Shown: positions 47,369-56,158 of the stretch, in pieces
Numbering within the stretch: the stretch's first letter is position 1
Layout of the letters: each line of letters begins with the position of its first letter
Assembly (NCBI GenBank): GCA_963663475.2
Contig: CAXXJV010000001.1
Coordinates: forward strand, 2,528,001-2,592,000
Direction of reading: 5' to 3'
Source: Candidatus Cloacimonadales bacterium
Lineage (GTDB): Bacteria; Cloacimonadota; Cloacimonadia; Cloacimonadales; JAFGVF01
Length of the DNA stretch: 64,000 bases
Position numbers and translations under genes: made by a program
The notes under the pieces: model-generated
Databases searched by the model: none
What the model saw: the letters and a program-made list of their open reading frames with translations, nothing else
What the model was told of the DNA's origin: nothing

Positions 47369-49990
47369 ATGAAACTAAAATTAACTTTTATTATTCTTTT
47401 CCTATCATTGTTTGCTCTTAATTATGCTAATGAATCTTTAATTCAAAGAATTAATCGCTATTCAGGAAAAAATGCTAATGCTTTACTTACCTATCTTGAT
47501 AGTCTTTCAGGATTAAAATCATATTACACTGACTACATTATAAATCATATGAGTGATAATGATTTAGCTACTGCTAGCCCTGAATATATTGATGAACACA
47601 TCACCTATGCCCTTAAAACACTTGATCTTCCCTACACTGCTGATATTCCAGAAGATTATTTTCTTCATTTTGTTTTACCTTTAAGAGTTTCTCAAGAACC
47701 CTTTGAAGAATGGAGAAAAGAATTCTATGATAAGCTCTACCCACAAGTCTCTCAAGCTCAAACCATTAACGAAGCTATATTAATAGCAGACTTATTTTAC
47801 CAAGAAGGAATCTATTTTAAACAAACTAGTGGTAGGGATCAAGGGCCATTAACTTCCATAAAACGAGGCTATGGTCGCTGTGAAGAGATGATGATTCTGC
47901 AAATGGCAGTTTTCAGAGCTGTAGGAATACCCTGTCGCCCTGCATCTGCACCTTATTGGTCTTTTACAGATAGTAATCATGTTTGGACTGAAGTATGGAC
48001 TCCTCAAGGTTGGAGAATTGTTCCTGAAGCCTATCCTCTAGAATACAGGAAATCATCCTGGGAAGTTGATAGAGCTAGAAAAGCTCCCCTTATTACAAGT
48101 CAAGCATTTGGATCTTATGATTCAAGTAGCAGTCTTCAGAAAACAAAGTATGATACAAAAATCAATATCTCTGATGTTTACGGAGATATAGTAACGACAG
48201 AAGTTATTGTTGTTGACCAAGCAAATAAACCTGTTCCTGACGCCCAAGTAATCTACTATGCAACTTCTTTTGGTGGACTTTTCGATATGCTTGAAATAAA
48301 TACTGATGAGAATGGCATAGCAAAAGTTGACTTTCGACCAACATCTGTCTTTGTTACTGCTGGCAAAGATGGCAAAAGTGCTTATGGATTAATAAACTCT
48401 TTTACCAATTCAAATACTATTAAATTAACTCTTTCAGATAATAATATTATTGAAGATAACCTTATTCTTAATTTCCCACTAGATTCTTCAGCAGATAAGA
48501 ATTTCCAGCTTACTCCCGAAAATAAGCAATATATAAATAATTTAACTGAGTTAGCAAATAAGAAAAGAGAAAACAGACTTCTTACAAATAAGAAAGGACT
48601 TAACTTCTTAAAAAACTATCCTCTTCCTAAAGCTAATGAAAATAGTTATGACTATAAATTAAAAAGAGACAATTTCTTAAACAAGTGTCAGGAACTCGCA
48701 GGTAATGCCGATAATTGGCTTAGTATTGATGCCAAAATTTCTGATTACCCTAATCCAGAAGTTACCAGAAATATCATGATTGACTTAATTATTAACTGGG
48801 ATATTAAAGACTTAATTGAGTTACCAGATGAAAAAGCAATTGAAAATCTTCTTTTAACTTTATCTGATAGCAGAATCTATTATCAAGACAAAATTACAAA
48901 TGACCTCTTTATCTCTAATGTCATTCTCTTCCCTTTAGGAACGAACCCATTTCCTCAAACTGGTTGGCATGCAGACCTTTATAAAATCACTAAAGATTTA
49001 AGAAGTAAAAAAATTGATCAAACTATCAAAAATATTGATCAATGGCTTAAGGAAAATACTGTGCATGATAATCATCCAAGCTGGAGTTACTTTGGAGGTT
49101 CGTTAACACCTCTACAGTACATTAACAAGAAATATTTAAGCAGAAGTCAGCAAATCTATCTAACTGCAGCCTTAATTCAAAACGCAGGTATTCCTATTCG
49201 CTGGCAAGGTTTCTTAGAATATTACAATGGCACAAAGTGGATTGAAATAATTATGGATGATTCTGATGAAGATAATGACACACCGCCTGTAGCCAGAAAG
49301 CTTGTTGAATTCGAGCTTAAGATAACCATAGACGATAAAGCGGAGTCAGCTAAGCCTTGGGGTAACTTCTTAATTGCTTCCCAGTCTGATAATGGCCACC
49401 TTACCTATGATTGGTTTGATTTTGCAGAAGTAAATGATACTTTTATTGTAAAATTCTACCAAGAAGAGAATAAGAATAAGTATATTCAAGGTTTTATCAG
49501 AAACAAGAATGGCGATGCTAACTTAATTATCAAACCCCTTGCTGAAAATACATCTACTCTTGTCATGGATTTCAAAACACCTATGACAAGTCATGAGAAC
49601 TTAGTTGAATGGTCTGAAGAAACCCTAGCAAATATTGATAATCTTAGGTATAATGCTAGCTCTTCTTCAGGGAAAAGCTTGCTGATGATTCTCAATGAAC
49701 AAGGTAATGAACCCCAAGAAAGGATGTTAGAACAATTGCTTAATAATTTAGGAAAATTCAATGAGAAGCAGGTTCAAGTAATTGTATATTCTGAAAATAG
49801 GTTAATTAATAAATTAACAGAAATCAAGCAGGATAATTTTGTCTATCTCCAAGGACCAGAAATTATTAATGAGGATATTAAACTGGATAATTATCCAATT
49901 CTATTTTTATTCGAAAATGATCAGATAGTAAGCTCAGCTAATGGTTTTGATTTAGATTTAATAAATTATTTACTTAGATTAGTTGATTAA
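47369..49990 (+). CDS. secreted transglutaminase-like domain protein
   Basis: Signal peptide, FVLPLRVSQEP, GRCEE (Cys), GIPCR, NHVWTEVW (His); Ig-like domain, second Cys-less TG-like repeat and thioredoxin-like tail. Confidence 0.8.
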   Translation: MKLKLTFIILFLSLFALNYANESLIQRINRYSGKNANALLTYLDSLSGLKSYYTDYIINHMSDNDLATASPEYIDEHITYALKTLDLPYTADIPEDYFLHFVLPLRVSQEPFEEWRKEFYDKLYPQVSQAQTINEAILIADLFYQEGIYFKQTSGRDQGPLTSIKRGYGRCEEMMILQMAVFRAVGIPCRPASAPYWSFTDSNHVWTEVWTPQGWRIVPEAYPLEYRKSSWEVDRARKAPLITSQAFGSYDSSSSLQKTKYDTKINISDVYGDIVTTEVIVVDQANKPVPDAQVIYYATSFGGLFDMLEINTDENGIAKVDFRPTSVFVTAGKDGKSAYGLINSFTNSNTIKLTLSDNNIIEDNLILNFPLDSSADKNFQLTPENKQYINNLTELANKKRENRLLTNKKGLNFLKNYPLPKANENSYDYKLKRDNFLNKCQELAGNADNWLSIDAKISDYPNPEVTRNIMIDLIINWDIKDLIELPDEKAIENLLLTLSDSRIYYQDKITNDLFISNVILFPLGTNPFPQTGWHADLYKITKDLRSKKIDQTIKNIDQWLKENTVHDNHPSWSYFGGSLTPLQYINKKYLSRSQQIYLTAALIQNAGIPIRWQGFLEYYNGTKWIEIIMDDSDEDNDTPPVARKLVEFELKITIDDKAESAKPWGNFLIASQSDNGHLTYDWFDFAEVNDTFIVKFYQEENKNKYIQGFIRNKNGDANLIIKPLAENTSTLVMDFKTPMTSHENLVEWSEETLANIDNLRYNASSSSGKSLLMILNEQGNEPQERMLEQLLNNLGKFNEKQVQVIVYSENRLINKLTEIKQDNFVYLQGPEIINEDIKLDNYPILFLFENDQIVSSANGFDLDLINYLLRLVD

Positions 49991-50005
49991 CAATAAATAA
50001 ATTAC

Positions 50006-50036
50006 AGGCTTAACTAATATTAGTTAAGCCTTTTTT
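50006..50036 (+). terminator. intrinsic terminator
   Basis: AGGCTTAACTAA-TA-TTAGTTAAGCCTTTTTT. Confidence 0.85.
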
Positions 50037-50078
50037 ATTGACAGTTATTCTGACCAATATAATTTGACATAAAGAACT

Positions 50079-50168
50079 GGAGATGTGTCCGAGTGGTTGA
50101 AGGAGCACGGTTGGAAACCGTGTATAGGTGCAAGCCTATCTAGAGTTCGAATCTCTACATCTCCGCCA
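50079..50168 (+). tRNA. tRNA-Ser (anticodon GGA)
   Basis: GGAGATG/CATCTCC acceptor stem, discriminator G and encoded CCA; anticodon arm CACGG-TTGGAAA-CCGTG; long variable arm ATAGG-TGCAAG-CCTAT; GTTCGAATC T-loop. Confidence 0.97.
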
Positions 50169-50340
50169 TTTTTCCCCTTTCAAACTTAATAACTAATAAC
50201 CCCAGCCAATTTCAGCGAGAAATCTCGCCAAACTCCCCCAAAGGTGTCCACTTTACCAAAGAAATAAAAAAATCTCGCCAAACTATTAAGTAAAAAAATC
50301 TCGCCAAACTTTATATAATTTGTCCTTTTAAAATAATTTT

Positions 50341-50830
50341 GGCTCTTGTTCAAGTCTGGTGGTAAATAAGAGACTTTCATTATAGCATATTGCTTGATTA
50401 ATAGAAAGTTACAAGTAAGAATATATGAAGAGTGACGGGAGTTGCTCACGGAGTAGCGACTTCCGACACTCTTCACCCGAAGTCCCTTGCCTACGGCTGA
50501 GGAACTCCGGTCTCCAGCAAAAATCAGGCTCAAGTTCAAGTCAGGGATAAGCGCTGGCATTCCTGCTGGCACCAAGCTTTTCAAGCTTGGTTTTGTAGAA
50601 GCGAGACGCTTCCACTCCATAAAGACATTATGTTACATTATTTATCATTTTATTAAACCCTTACAGGGTAATATCTTTGGGCTAGCAATCATTACCCAGG
50701 GTTGCGATACTTTCAGCATCTTACCCTGGGCTAAATTATTTTATCCCTTTCAGGGATTTTTGATGAATCAATATAGTGAGGAAATATTCTCATTTTCCTA
50801 TATTATTCTCATCAGACTTGAACTTGAGCC
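50341..50830. mobile_element. repeat family C, copy 2: 490-bp composite MITE with perfect 8-bp target duplication
   Basis: GGCTCTTGTTCAAGTCTGGTGG...CAGACTTGAACTTGAGCC flanked on both sides by ATAATTTT; extra internal end at ~50527; carries module D. Confidence 0.9.
50476..50513 (-). repeat. repeat module D, copy 1 (GC-rich hairpin)
   Basis: Minus strand AGACCGGAGTTCCTCAGCCGTAGGCAAGGGACTTCGGG; 33/38 identical to 60099-60136. Confidence 0.8.
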
Positions 50831-50905
50831 ATAATTTTCTTAAAAAATCTCGCCAAAGGATTAAGGGGAAAAAAATAGCCACATACAAGCATGCTATCCA
50901 GATTA

Positions 50906-51094
50906 TCCCAGATAGTGTAGTAGAGCTTTAGTAATACTTGGCTAAAGCTACGTATCGCAGGTGAAGAGTGCAGATTATTCTAGCAAAAAAGCTTACAAAA
51001 TTTGAAGGCATATAATATATTCATAAAAATTTTGTAGCTTACTTTTGCAAAATAAGATATTGCTATTCGCAAAGGTCTACTGCATTATTTGGGC
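50906..51094 (+). repeat. repeat family A, full copy with 30-nt insert; overlaps the 3' end of the DUF89 gene
   Basis: TCCCAGATAGTGTAGTAGAGCTTTAG...CAAAGGTCTACTGCATTATTTGGGC with TTA on both flanks. Confidence 0.85.
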
Positions 51095-51938
51095 TTAACT
51101 CAAAAATAAAGTCTTCAACCTCTACTCCTGCATCCTTAGCTATCACAGGGCACTTAGCTTTAAGGAGAAAAAATATCTCTCGTTTATCTTCAGATAAAGC
51201 TTCATAATTACCTTGTCCCTTGGCTATTACCAAATCAGCTTTATCAAATATTTCTTTGAAGTCAGGAGTAAAGAACTTGCTGATAGCTCCAGGAGATTTC
51301 ACACCAGAAGAAATAACCTGACAGCATTCATCAAGACCAATAAGTTTAGTTTCTTCTAGGGTTATATCATTTAAAACAGGAATATCTCTAGTAGCAAAAA
51401 CAAGATTATTATTAAATTGCTTTATCAGGATTTTATCAAAAACTGCTTCACCGCTATTATCACCAATATAAAGAATACTTTTAGCTTTAGAAAGTCTTTG
51501 GTAGAATAATTCAAAATGCCAGATTTTAAAATCTGCATTTATAGCGTCATTTAAATCATTTTTCAAGTCAAATACTCTATCCACTCCTAAATCTATAACA
51601 TTTCCTGCTGCAGCGATTTTAACAGCCATTTCCAATCTTTTTTTGGTATCTTTTATTCCTTCAACTAGACTTAAATAAACTGGATAAAGTTCTAAAGCAT
51701 GCTTAATATTCTGCTTCTTAATTTCCTTAAAAGGATCTCTTACTTTAGTTATGTCAGAAATTAACTTGTAGATAAGTCCTCCAGTTTCAGGTGGAGTACT
51801 ATCCAGGGGAATATCTTTTATAGATTCTCCCACCTTATTTAAAATTTCTTTAATTAGCTTTTCATCTTTTGTAGCAATCTTACCAGCTTTTAATGCTTGT
51901 TTCATAAAACAGGGAATACAATCTAAATATGTTTTCAT
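51063..51938 (-). CDS. DUF89 / ARMT1-like damage-control phosphatase
   Basis: DCIPCF, DPFKEIK, AGNVIDLG, DNSGEAVFD, PVLNDIT, AKGQGNYEAL, LKAKCPVIA. Confidence 0.92.
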   Translation of the reverse strand: MKTYLDCIPCFMKQALKAGKIATKDEKLIKEILNKVGESIKDIPLDSTPPETGGLIYKLISDITKVRDPFKEIKKQNIKHALELYPVYLSLVEGIKDTKKRLEMAVKIAAAGNVIDLGVDRVFDLKNDLNDAINADFKIWHFELFYQRLSKAKSILYIGDNSGEAVFDKILIKQFNNNLVFATRDIPVLNDITLEETKLIGLDECCQVISSGVKSPGAISKFFTPDFKEIFDKADLVIAKGQGNYEALSEDKREIFFLLKAKCPVIAKDAGVEVEDFIFELSPNNAVDLCE

Positions 51939-51962
51939 TCTAACTCACTTTCTCTTGCTAGC

Positions 51963-52817
51963 TCATTTTCCAGCATAAATTTGATTGTAGATATGATCAA
52001 GGGATATTTTGTTTTCGGTTATAGAAAGAATATGATTATTTTCTAGTTCTTTCAAATTATTATAAAGCTCTTTTTCATCTTTAACTACTAACAACTTCTC
52101 CTGAGAATCATCTAAATATGAAATATTGAAAGACTTATCAATCTTGTATTTATTTATTAAGTTCTTCAAAGAATCAGAGACAATCAGCTTCCCATCCTTC
52201 ATGATAGTAATCTTGTCTGAGACTGCTTCAATCTCACTAAGATTATGCGAAGACAGAATAATTGTTTTATCTCCACTCTTGATATAAGACTTCAAAACAG
52301 ATGATATTTCCTTAACAATTACAGGATCTAAGCCTGCAAAAGGTTCATCTAAGAAAAGAATATCTGGCTGATTAAGAAAAGTAGTACAGATAACAGTCTT
52401 TTTATACATACCAGTTGAAAGTTTAGATATTTTCTTCTTGAGGAAATCACCCAAATCAAAAGTGTCTATAAGTTTGCTTATACTTTGTTTCTTATCCTTA
52501 ATACCATAAATATCAGCAAAGAAGGATAAGGTTTCCTTAACGTTTAACTCATCATAAAGTTTGAGTTTTTCTGTCATAAAACCAGTTCTTTGAATCTGTT
52601 TTTTAGTCATCTTTTTAATATCTTTGTCTTTAAAAAGTACACTACCACTATTGAAGGGAATAACCCTATTGGCGATCATAAAAGCAGTTGTTTTACCTGC
52701 TCCATTATGACCTAAAAGAGCTTGTATTTTACCCTCTTCAATTTCCCAAGTGAAGTTATCAAGTGCCTTTTGCTTCTTATATAATTTATTAACATTTTCA
52801 AATCTAAATAAAGACAT
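51963..52817 (-). CDS. ABC transporter ATP-binding protein (ABC-2 exporter)
   Basis: GHNGAGKTT, LSTGM, LDEPFAGLDP, SSHNL. Confidence 0.9.
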   Translation of the reverse strand: MSLFRFENVNKLYKKQKALDNFTWEIEEGKIQALLGHNGAGKTTAFMIANRVIPFNSGSVLFKDKDIKKMTKKQIQRTGFMTEKLKLYDELNVKETLSFFADIYGIKDKKQSISKLIDTFDLGDFLKKKISKLSTGMYKKTVICTTFLNQPDILFLDEPFAGLDPVIVKEISSVLKSYIKSGDKTIILSSHNLSEIEAVSDKITIMKDGKLIVSDSLKNLINKYKIDKSFNISYLDDSQEKLLVVKDEKELYNNLKELENNHILSITENKISLDHIYNQIYAGK

Positions 52818-52826
52818 ATTCCCTCC

Positions 52827-53831
52827 CTACATTGACCTAATTATCGTTCTCTTCATAAAGAAAATACTTAAGAAGAAAAAAGCTAGTGTGATTGCAGATA
52901 TTGTACTTAACAAGAGCCAAGAAACATCATTTCTAATAATTTGTTCGATTAGTTCAGAAACTAAGATAAGAGGATTGAACTTAAGGATTGTTTCTGTAAT
53001 AGGTGAAATCGAATCTTTCAGGGCTCCATAGAATATGGAAGGAAACCAGAAGAGCATTGGTAAAATACCTTTAATATTATCATTAGCTGTCATTGAAGCA
53101 ATAAATATCCCTAACATAGCAGTTGGGATAATGATAAATGGCAAATACCATATCATAGTTAAGTTTAGGCTTAGCTGTTTTGTTAAGATAGCAACGCAAT
53201 AAAACACTGCAAAGGTTAAAACTTGCATAATAAATACACCTATAAGCTTACTAATAATCAGTTCAGCCTTGCTAATCCCAGATTTTAGTAAAATCAAAAT
53301 ATTATGTTTTTTTATCTCCAAGCTCAACAAAGCTGTACCATAGTTTAAGGATGAGAAAACTAAGAGAAAGTTAAAAACCATGGATAAGAGAGCATAGTTC
53401 ATAGAAAATTTCTTCTTAAGGTTAAAGTGCTTGCTTGTCATCGGATTAAATTTACTTCTAATTAAATGATATCCAAAAGTTGATTTATTCTTATTCATAT
53501 TTAAATAGAGAGTTCTCTCTCCATCATCTAAATAATAGATTACTGGTAACTTCCCTTTTTCAAAGTCTTCCAGCATACTTGTTTTATCCATATACTCTAT
53601 TTTAACAGGTAACTTTTCTTCTAAATACTCAAAATAGTCTTCTGACTTATTATCAAATTCATAAGCCAAATCTTTATCTACCCATACCTTTAAATTATCA
53701 GCTGAAGATTTCTCCATATATCCAAATAAAAATAGATAGAGCAGGGGTAAACCTAGCGAAAATATCAGCATAAAAGGGCTTTTATATTGAATCTTAAAAT
53801 CTTTAACTATCAATGCTATAAACTTTTTCAT
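52827..53831 (-). CDS. ABC-2 type permease
   Basis: N-terminal KDFK...LPL TM, extracytoplasmic domain, about 5 C-terminal TMs with FNPL. Confidence 0.75.
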   Translation of the reverse strand: MKKFIALIVKDFKIQYKSPFMLIFSLGLPLLYLFLFGYMEKSSADNLKVWVDKDLAYEFDNKSEDYFEYLEEKLPVKIEYMDKTSMLEDFEKGKLPVIYYLDDGERTLYLNMNKNKSTFGYHLIRSKFNPMTSKHFNLKKKFSMNYALLSMVFNFLLVFSSLNYGTALLSLEIKKHNILILLKSGISKAELIISKLIGVFIMQVLTFAVFYCVAILTKQLSLNLTMIWYLPFIIIPTAMLGIFIASMTANDNIKGILPMLFWFPSIFYGALKDSISPITETILKFNPLILVSELIEQIIRNDVSWLLLSTISAITLAFFFLSIFFMKRTIIRSM

Positions 53832-53857
53832 TTTACCTCACTTTTTATTAAACATAA

Positions 53858-53922
53858 TCCCGAATTGGGCGTAGAGCTTTAGACAAGATTGCATATACTT
53901 TACTAAAGATACTGCCTTATTC
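53858..53922 (+). repeat. repeat family A, short degenerate copy
   Basis: TCCCGAATTGGGCGTAGAGCTTTAGACAAGATTGCA...AAAGATACTGCCTTATT. Confidence 0.55.
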
Positions 53923-54894
53923 TGCTTTAATTATAAATTCCTGTCCATTAATCTCCCAACCATAATTGCCGTCAAACTTTATTCTTGTTGCTGAGGAATC
54001 GAAAGTATAAGTTATCTTAGTGGGAAAGGCTGATAGTTGGAAAGTATCTTGCTTAGTTGGAATTAGTAGAATCTTGTTAAACCAGGAGAAATGTAGAAAA
54101 AGACGATTATTTTCTTTGCTGATAGTTACAGATGTCTTATCACCCTCTTTAGTGAACATCCTGCCACAATATTTATCAGCATGGTCAACTCTACTATCAT
54201 TTTCACCCATGTAAGAAAGAGCAAAATGTTCAGCTATTTTCTTATGATGAGCTTGCCATTGATTTTCTTCAGGATTAATTTTTAAGATTAACTTGTCAAT
54301 AGTAAGATTATCAAAAATAGCTTTCGATAAATCGCGACAATCAGTCCACATAGCATAAATACTTTCATCTCCCTGATAGCCATTTATTTTGTAATAAAGC
54401 TCATCTCCAGGATCTAATATTATCTTCTTCCAGCTTTCTCCTCTAGTTATAAACGCATTTTCCAGTGTTTTTTGAGGATTAGTTGAATAGAGAAATACAA
54501 AAGTACTATCAACTTGACTAATTATTTCGAATAGCTTATGATAAAAATTCTTAATCAGTTCATGTTTATAAGCAACTGGAAAAAAATAACGTACTATGTT
54601 CTGGAAAATGCAACCTTCCATAACATGTACTTTATCAGATGATTTAATGGACTCTATGAAGACTCTCCATCTACTTAAAAGATCTTCAATGTTTTGATTC
54701 ATTCCTTGCTCAGTTTTATAATCAGCAACCTTAAACTCTCCCCCATCCTTCCATCTGATAGGGTGTTTATCCATTTCTTCATGATACCAAATATTATCAA
54801 TCCCATTATCTTTGTATAATTTAGATATATATTGGGAAGTAGTAGATTTACCAGCACCACTCATACCACTTACTATGATTAACTTCGTTTTCAT
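53917..54894 (-). CDS. P-loop nucleoside/nucleotide kinase-fold protein
   Basis: N-terminal LIIVSGMSGAGKSTT Walker A. Confidence 0.65.
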   Translation of the reverse strand: MKTKLIIVSGMSGAGKSTTSQYISKLYKDNGIDNIWYHEEMDKHPIRWKDGGEFKVADYKTEQGMNQNIEDLLSRWRVFIESIKSSDKVHVMEGCIFQNIVRYFFPVAYKHELIKNFYHKLFEIISQVDSTFVFLYSTNPQKTLENAFITRGESWKKIILDPGDELYYKINGYQGDESIYAMWTDCRDLSKAIFDNLTIDKLILKINPEENQWQAHHKKIAEHFALSYMGENDSRVDHADKYCGRMFTKEGDKTSVTISKENNRLFLHFSWFNKILLIPTKQDTFQLSAFPTKITYTFDSSATRIKFDGNYGWEINGQEFIIKAE

Positions 54895-55018
54895 CTAAAC
54901 ATCTCCTTTATTATACTATAATTATAATATCAATTATATAAGTATATTTTTTTTAATATGTTCAAAATATAATTTGACACTGTATTAGTCAATTTTTTTA
55001 TAGAATAAAGGAGTAAAT

Positions 55019-55816
55019 ATGGAAAATTATAAAAAATATACAGAATCTAATCGACAAGCTTGGAATGAAGCTACCCCCTATCATAAAGAAGCAATGGATG
55101 AGAAATGGGATAAGATGTTTTCTGATCCCAACTTCATCTTTCAAAAAGACCCTGAACTTAAAGAGTTGAAGGAAATTGCTATTAAAGACAAAGATATTGC
55201 TCATTTATCCTGCAATAATGGAATCGAACTTATGTCGTTGAAGAGACTAGGTGCAGGCAAGTGTCTTGGCTTCGATATAAGCGACCTAGCAATTGAAGAA
55301 GCTGAGAAGAGGGCTAGCAAATTTTCAATTGATTGTCAGTTTATTAGAAGCGATGTCTTAGAAATTACTGCTGACCACTTTGGTAAGTTTGATTTGGTAT
55401 ATATCACTGTTGGAGCTTTGGCATGGATTCCAGATAAAAGAAAGTACTTCGATACTGCTTATAAGCTTCTGAGACCTCAAGGCAAAATTTTTATCTATGA
55501 ACATCATCCCTTTGGAGATGTCTTCCCCTATGATGATGAATATAAAGGAGTCTTAGAAGCTAAATATAAGTACTTCAATAAGGAGATTTATTCTGATAAC
55601 CAGGGAATTGATTATTATGGTGGCAAAACTTATAAATCCAGTCCTTCATATGAATTTACATACACTATCTCTGATTTAATCAATATATTAGCTGACCTAG
55701 GTTTTACCATTAAGAAATTTAATGAATATGCCCATGATATAGCTTTATGTAGAACTTACTTGAATCAACAAGAAGGTAAAGTACCCCTTAGTTATATTAT
55801 GATTGCAGAGAAATAA
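55019..55816 (+). CDS. class I SAM-dependent methyltransferase
   Basis: NRQAWNE, HLSCNNG, GFDISD, FDLVYITVGALAWIPD, YEHHP. Confidence 0.88.
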   Translation: MENYKKYTESNRQAWNEATPYHKEAMDEKWDKMFSDPNFIFQKDPELKELKEIAIKDKDIAHLSCNNGIELMSLKRLGAGKCLGFDISDLAIEEAEKRASKFSIDCQFIRSDVLEITADHFGKFDLVYITVGALAWIPDKRKYFDTAYKLLRPQGKIFIYEHHPFGDVFPYDDEYKGVLEAKYKYFNKEIYSDNQGIDYYGGKTYKSSPSYEFTYTISDLINILADLGFTIKKFNEYAHDIALCRTYLNQQEGKVPLSYIMIAEK

Positions 55817-55909
55817 TTATCAGCTAAGATAAAAAAGCTATTTTCATAATTTGCCAAATAGCTTTTATGGATTATTTTCTGTTATTATATTAAATAAAGG
55901 AGATTGATA

Positions 55910-56152
55910 ATGGAAAAGAGACTTACAGTAATAGTATTCACTACCCCTACATGTTCTTGGTGCAAGAAAGTAAAGACTTATTTAAAGGAAAAGCAAATCA
56001 GATATAAAGAAGTTGATGTATCTAGAGATCAAAGAGCAATGAAAGATATGGTCAGAAAATCTGGACAAATGGGCGTCCCTCAATTATGGATAAATAATAG
56101 GCCTGTAGTTGGTTTTGATAAAGCAAAAATTGATAGGTTAATAAAAAACTAG
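55910..56152 (+). CDS. glutaredoxin / NrdH-YruB-like redoxin
   Basis: TPTCSWC, SGQMGVPQ, VGFD; ATG at 55910 after AGGAG. Confidence 0.9.
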   Translation: MEKRLTVIVFTTPTCSWCKKVKTYLKEKQIRYKEVDVSRDQRAMKDMVRKSGQMGVPQLWINNRPVVGFDKAKIDRLIKN

Positions 56153-56158
56153 AGGTGT

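Larger units (their letters stand above)
50220..50857 (+). repeat. four direct copies of AAATCTCGCCAAA downstream of the tRNA
   Basis: Copies at about 50220, 50270, 50296 and 50845; the fourth is displaced by the MITE insertion. Confidence 0.8.

Noticed and set aside
50186..50834. ORFs 50186-50620 (-) and 50487-50834 (+) as possible transposase or integrase genes
   Set aside because: Both are translations of the non-coding MITE and repeat mosaic. They have no catalytic motifs, and the frame is not preserved in the other family C copies.
50220..50857. AAATCTCGCCAAA repeats as a CRISPR array
   Set aside because: The repeat is only 13 bp, spacing is irregular, and no cas genes are present.
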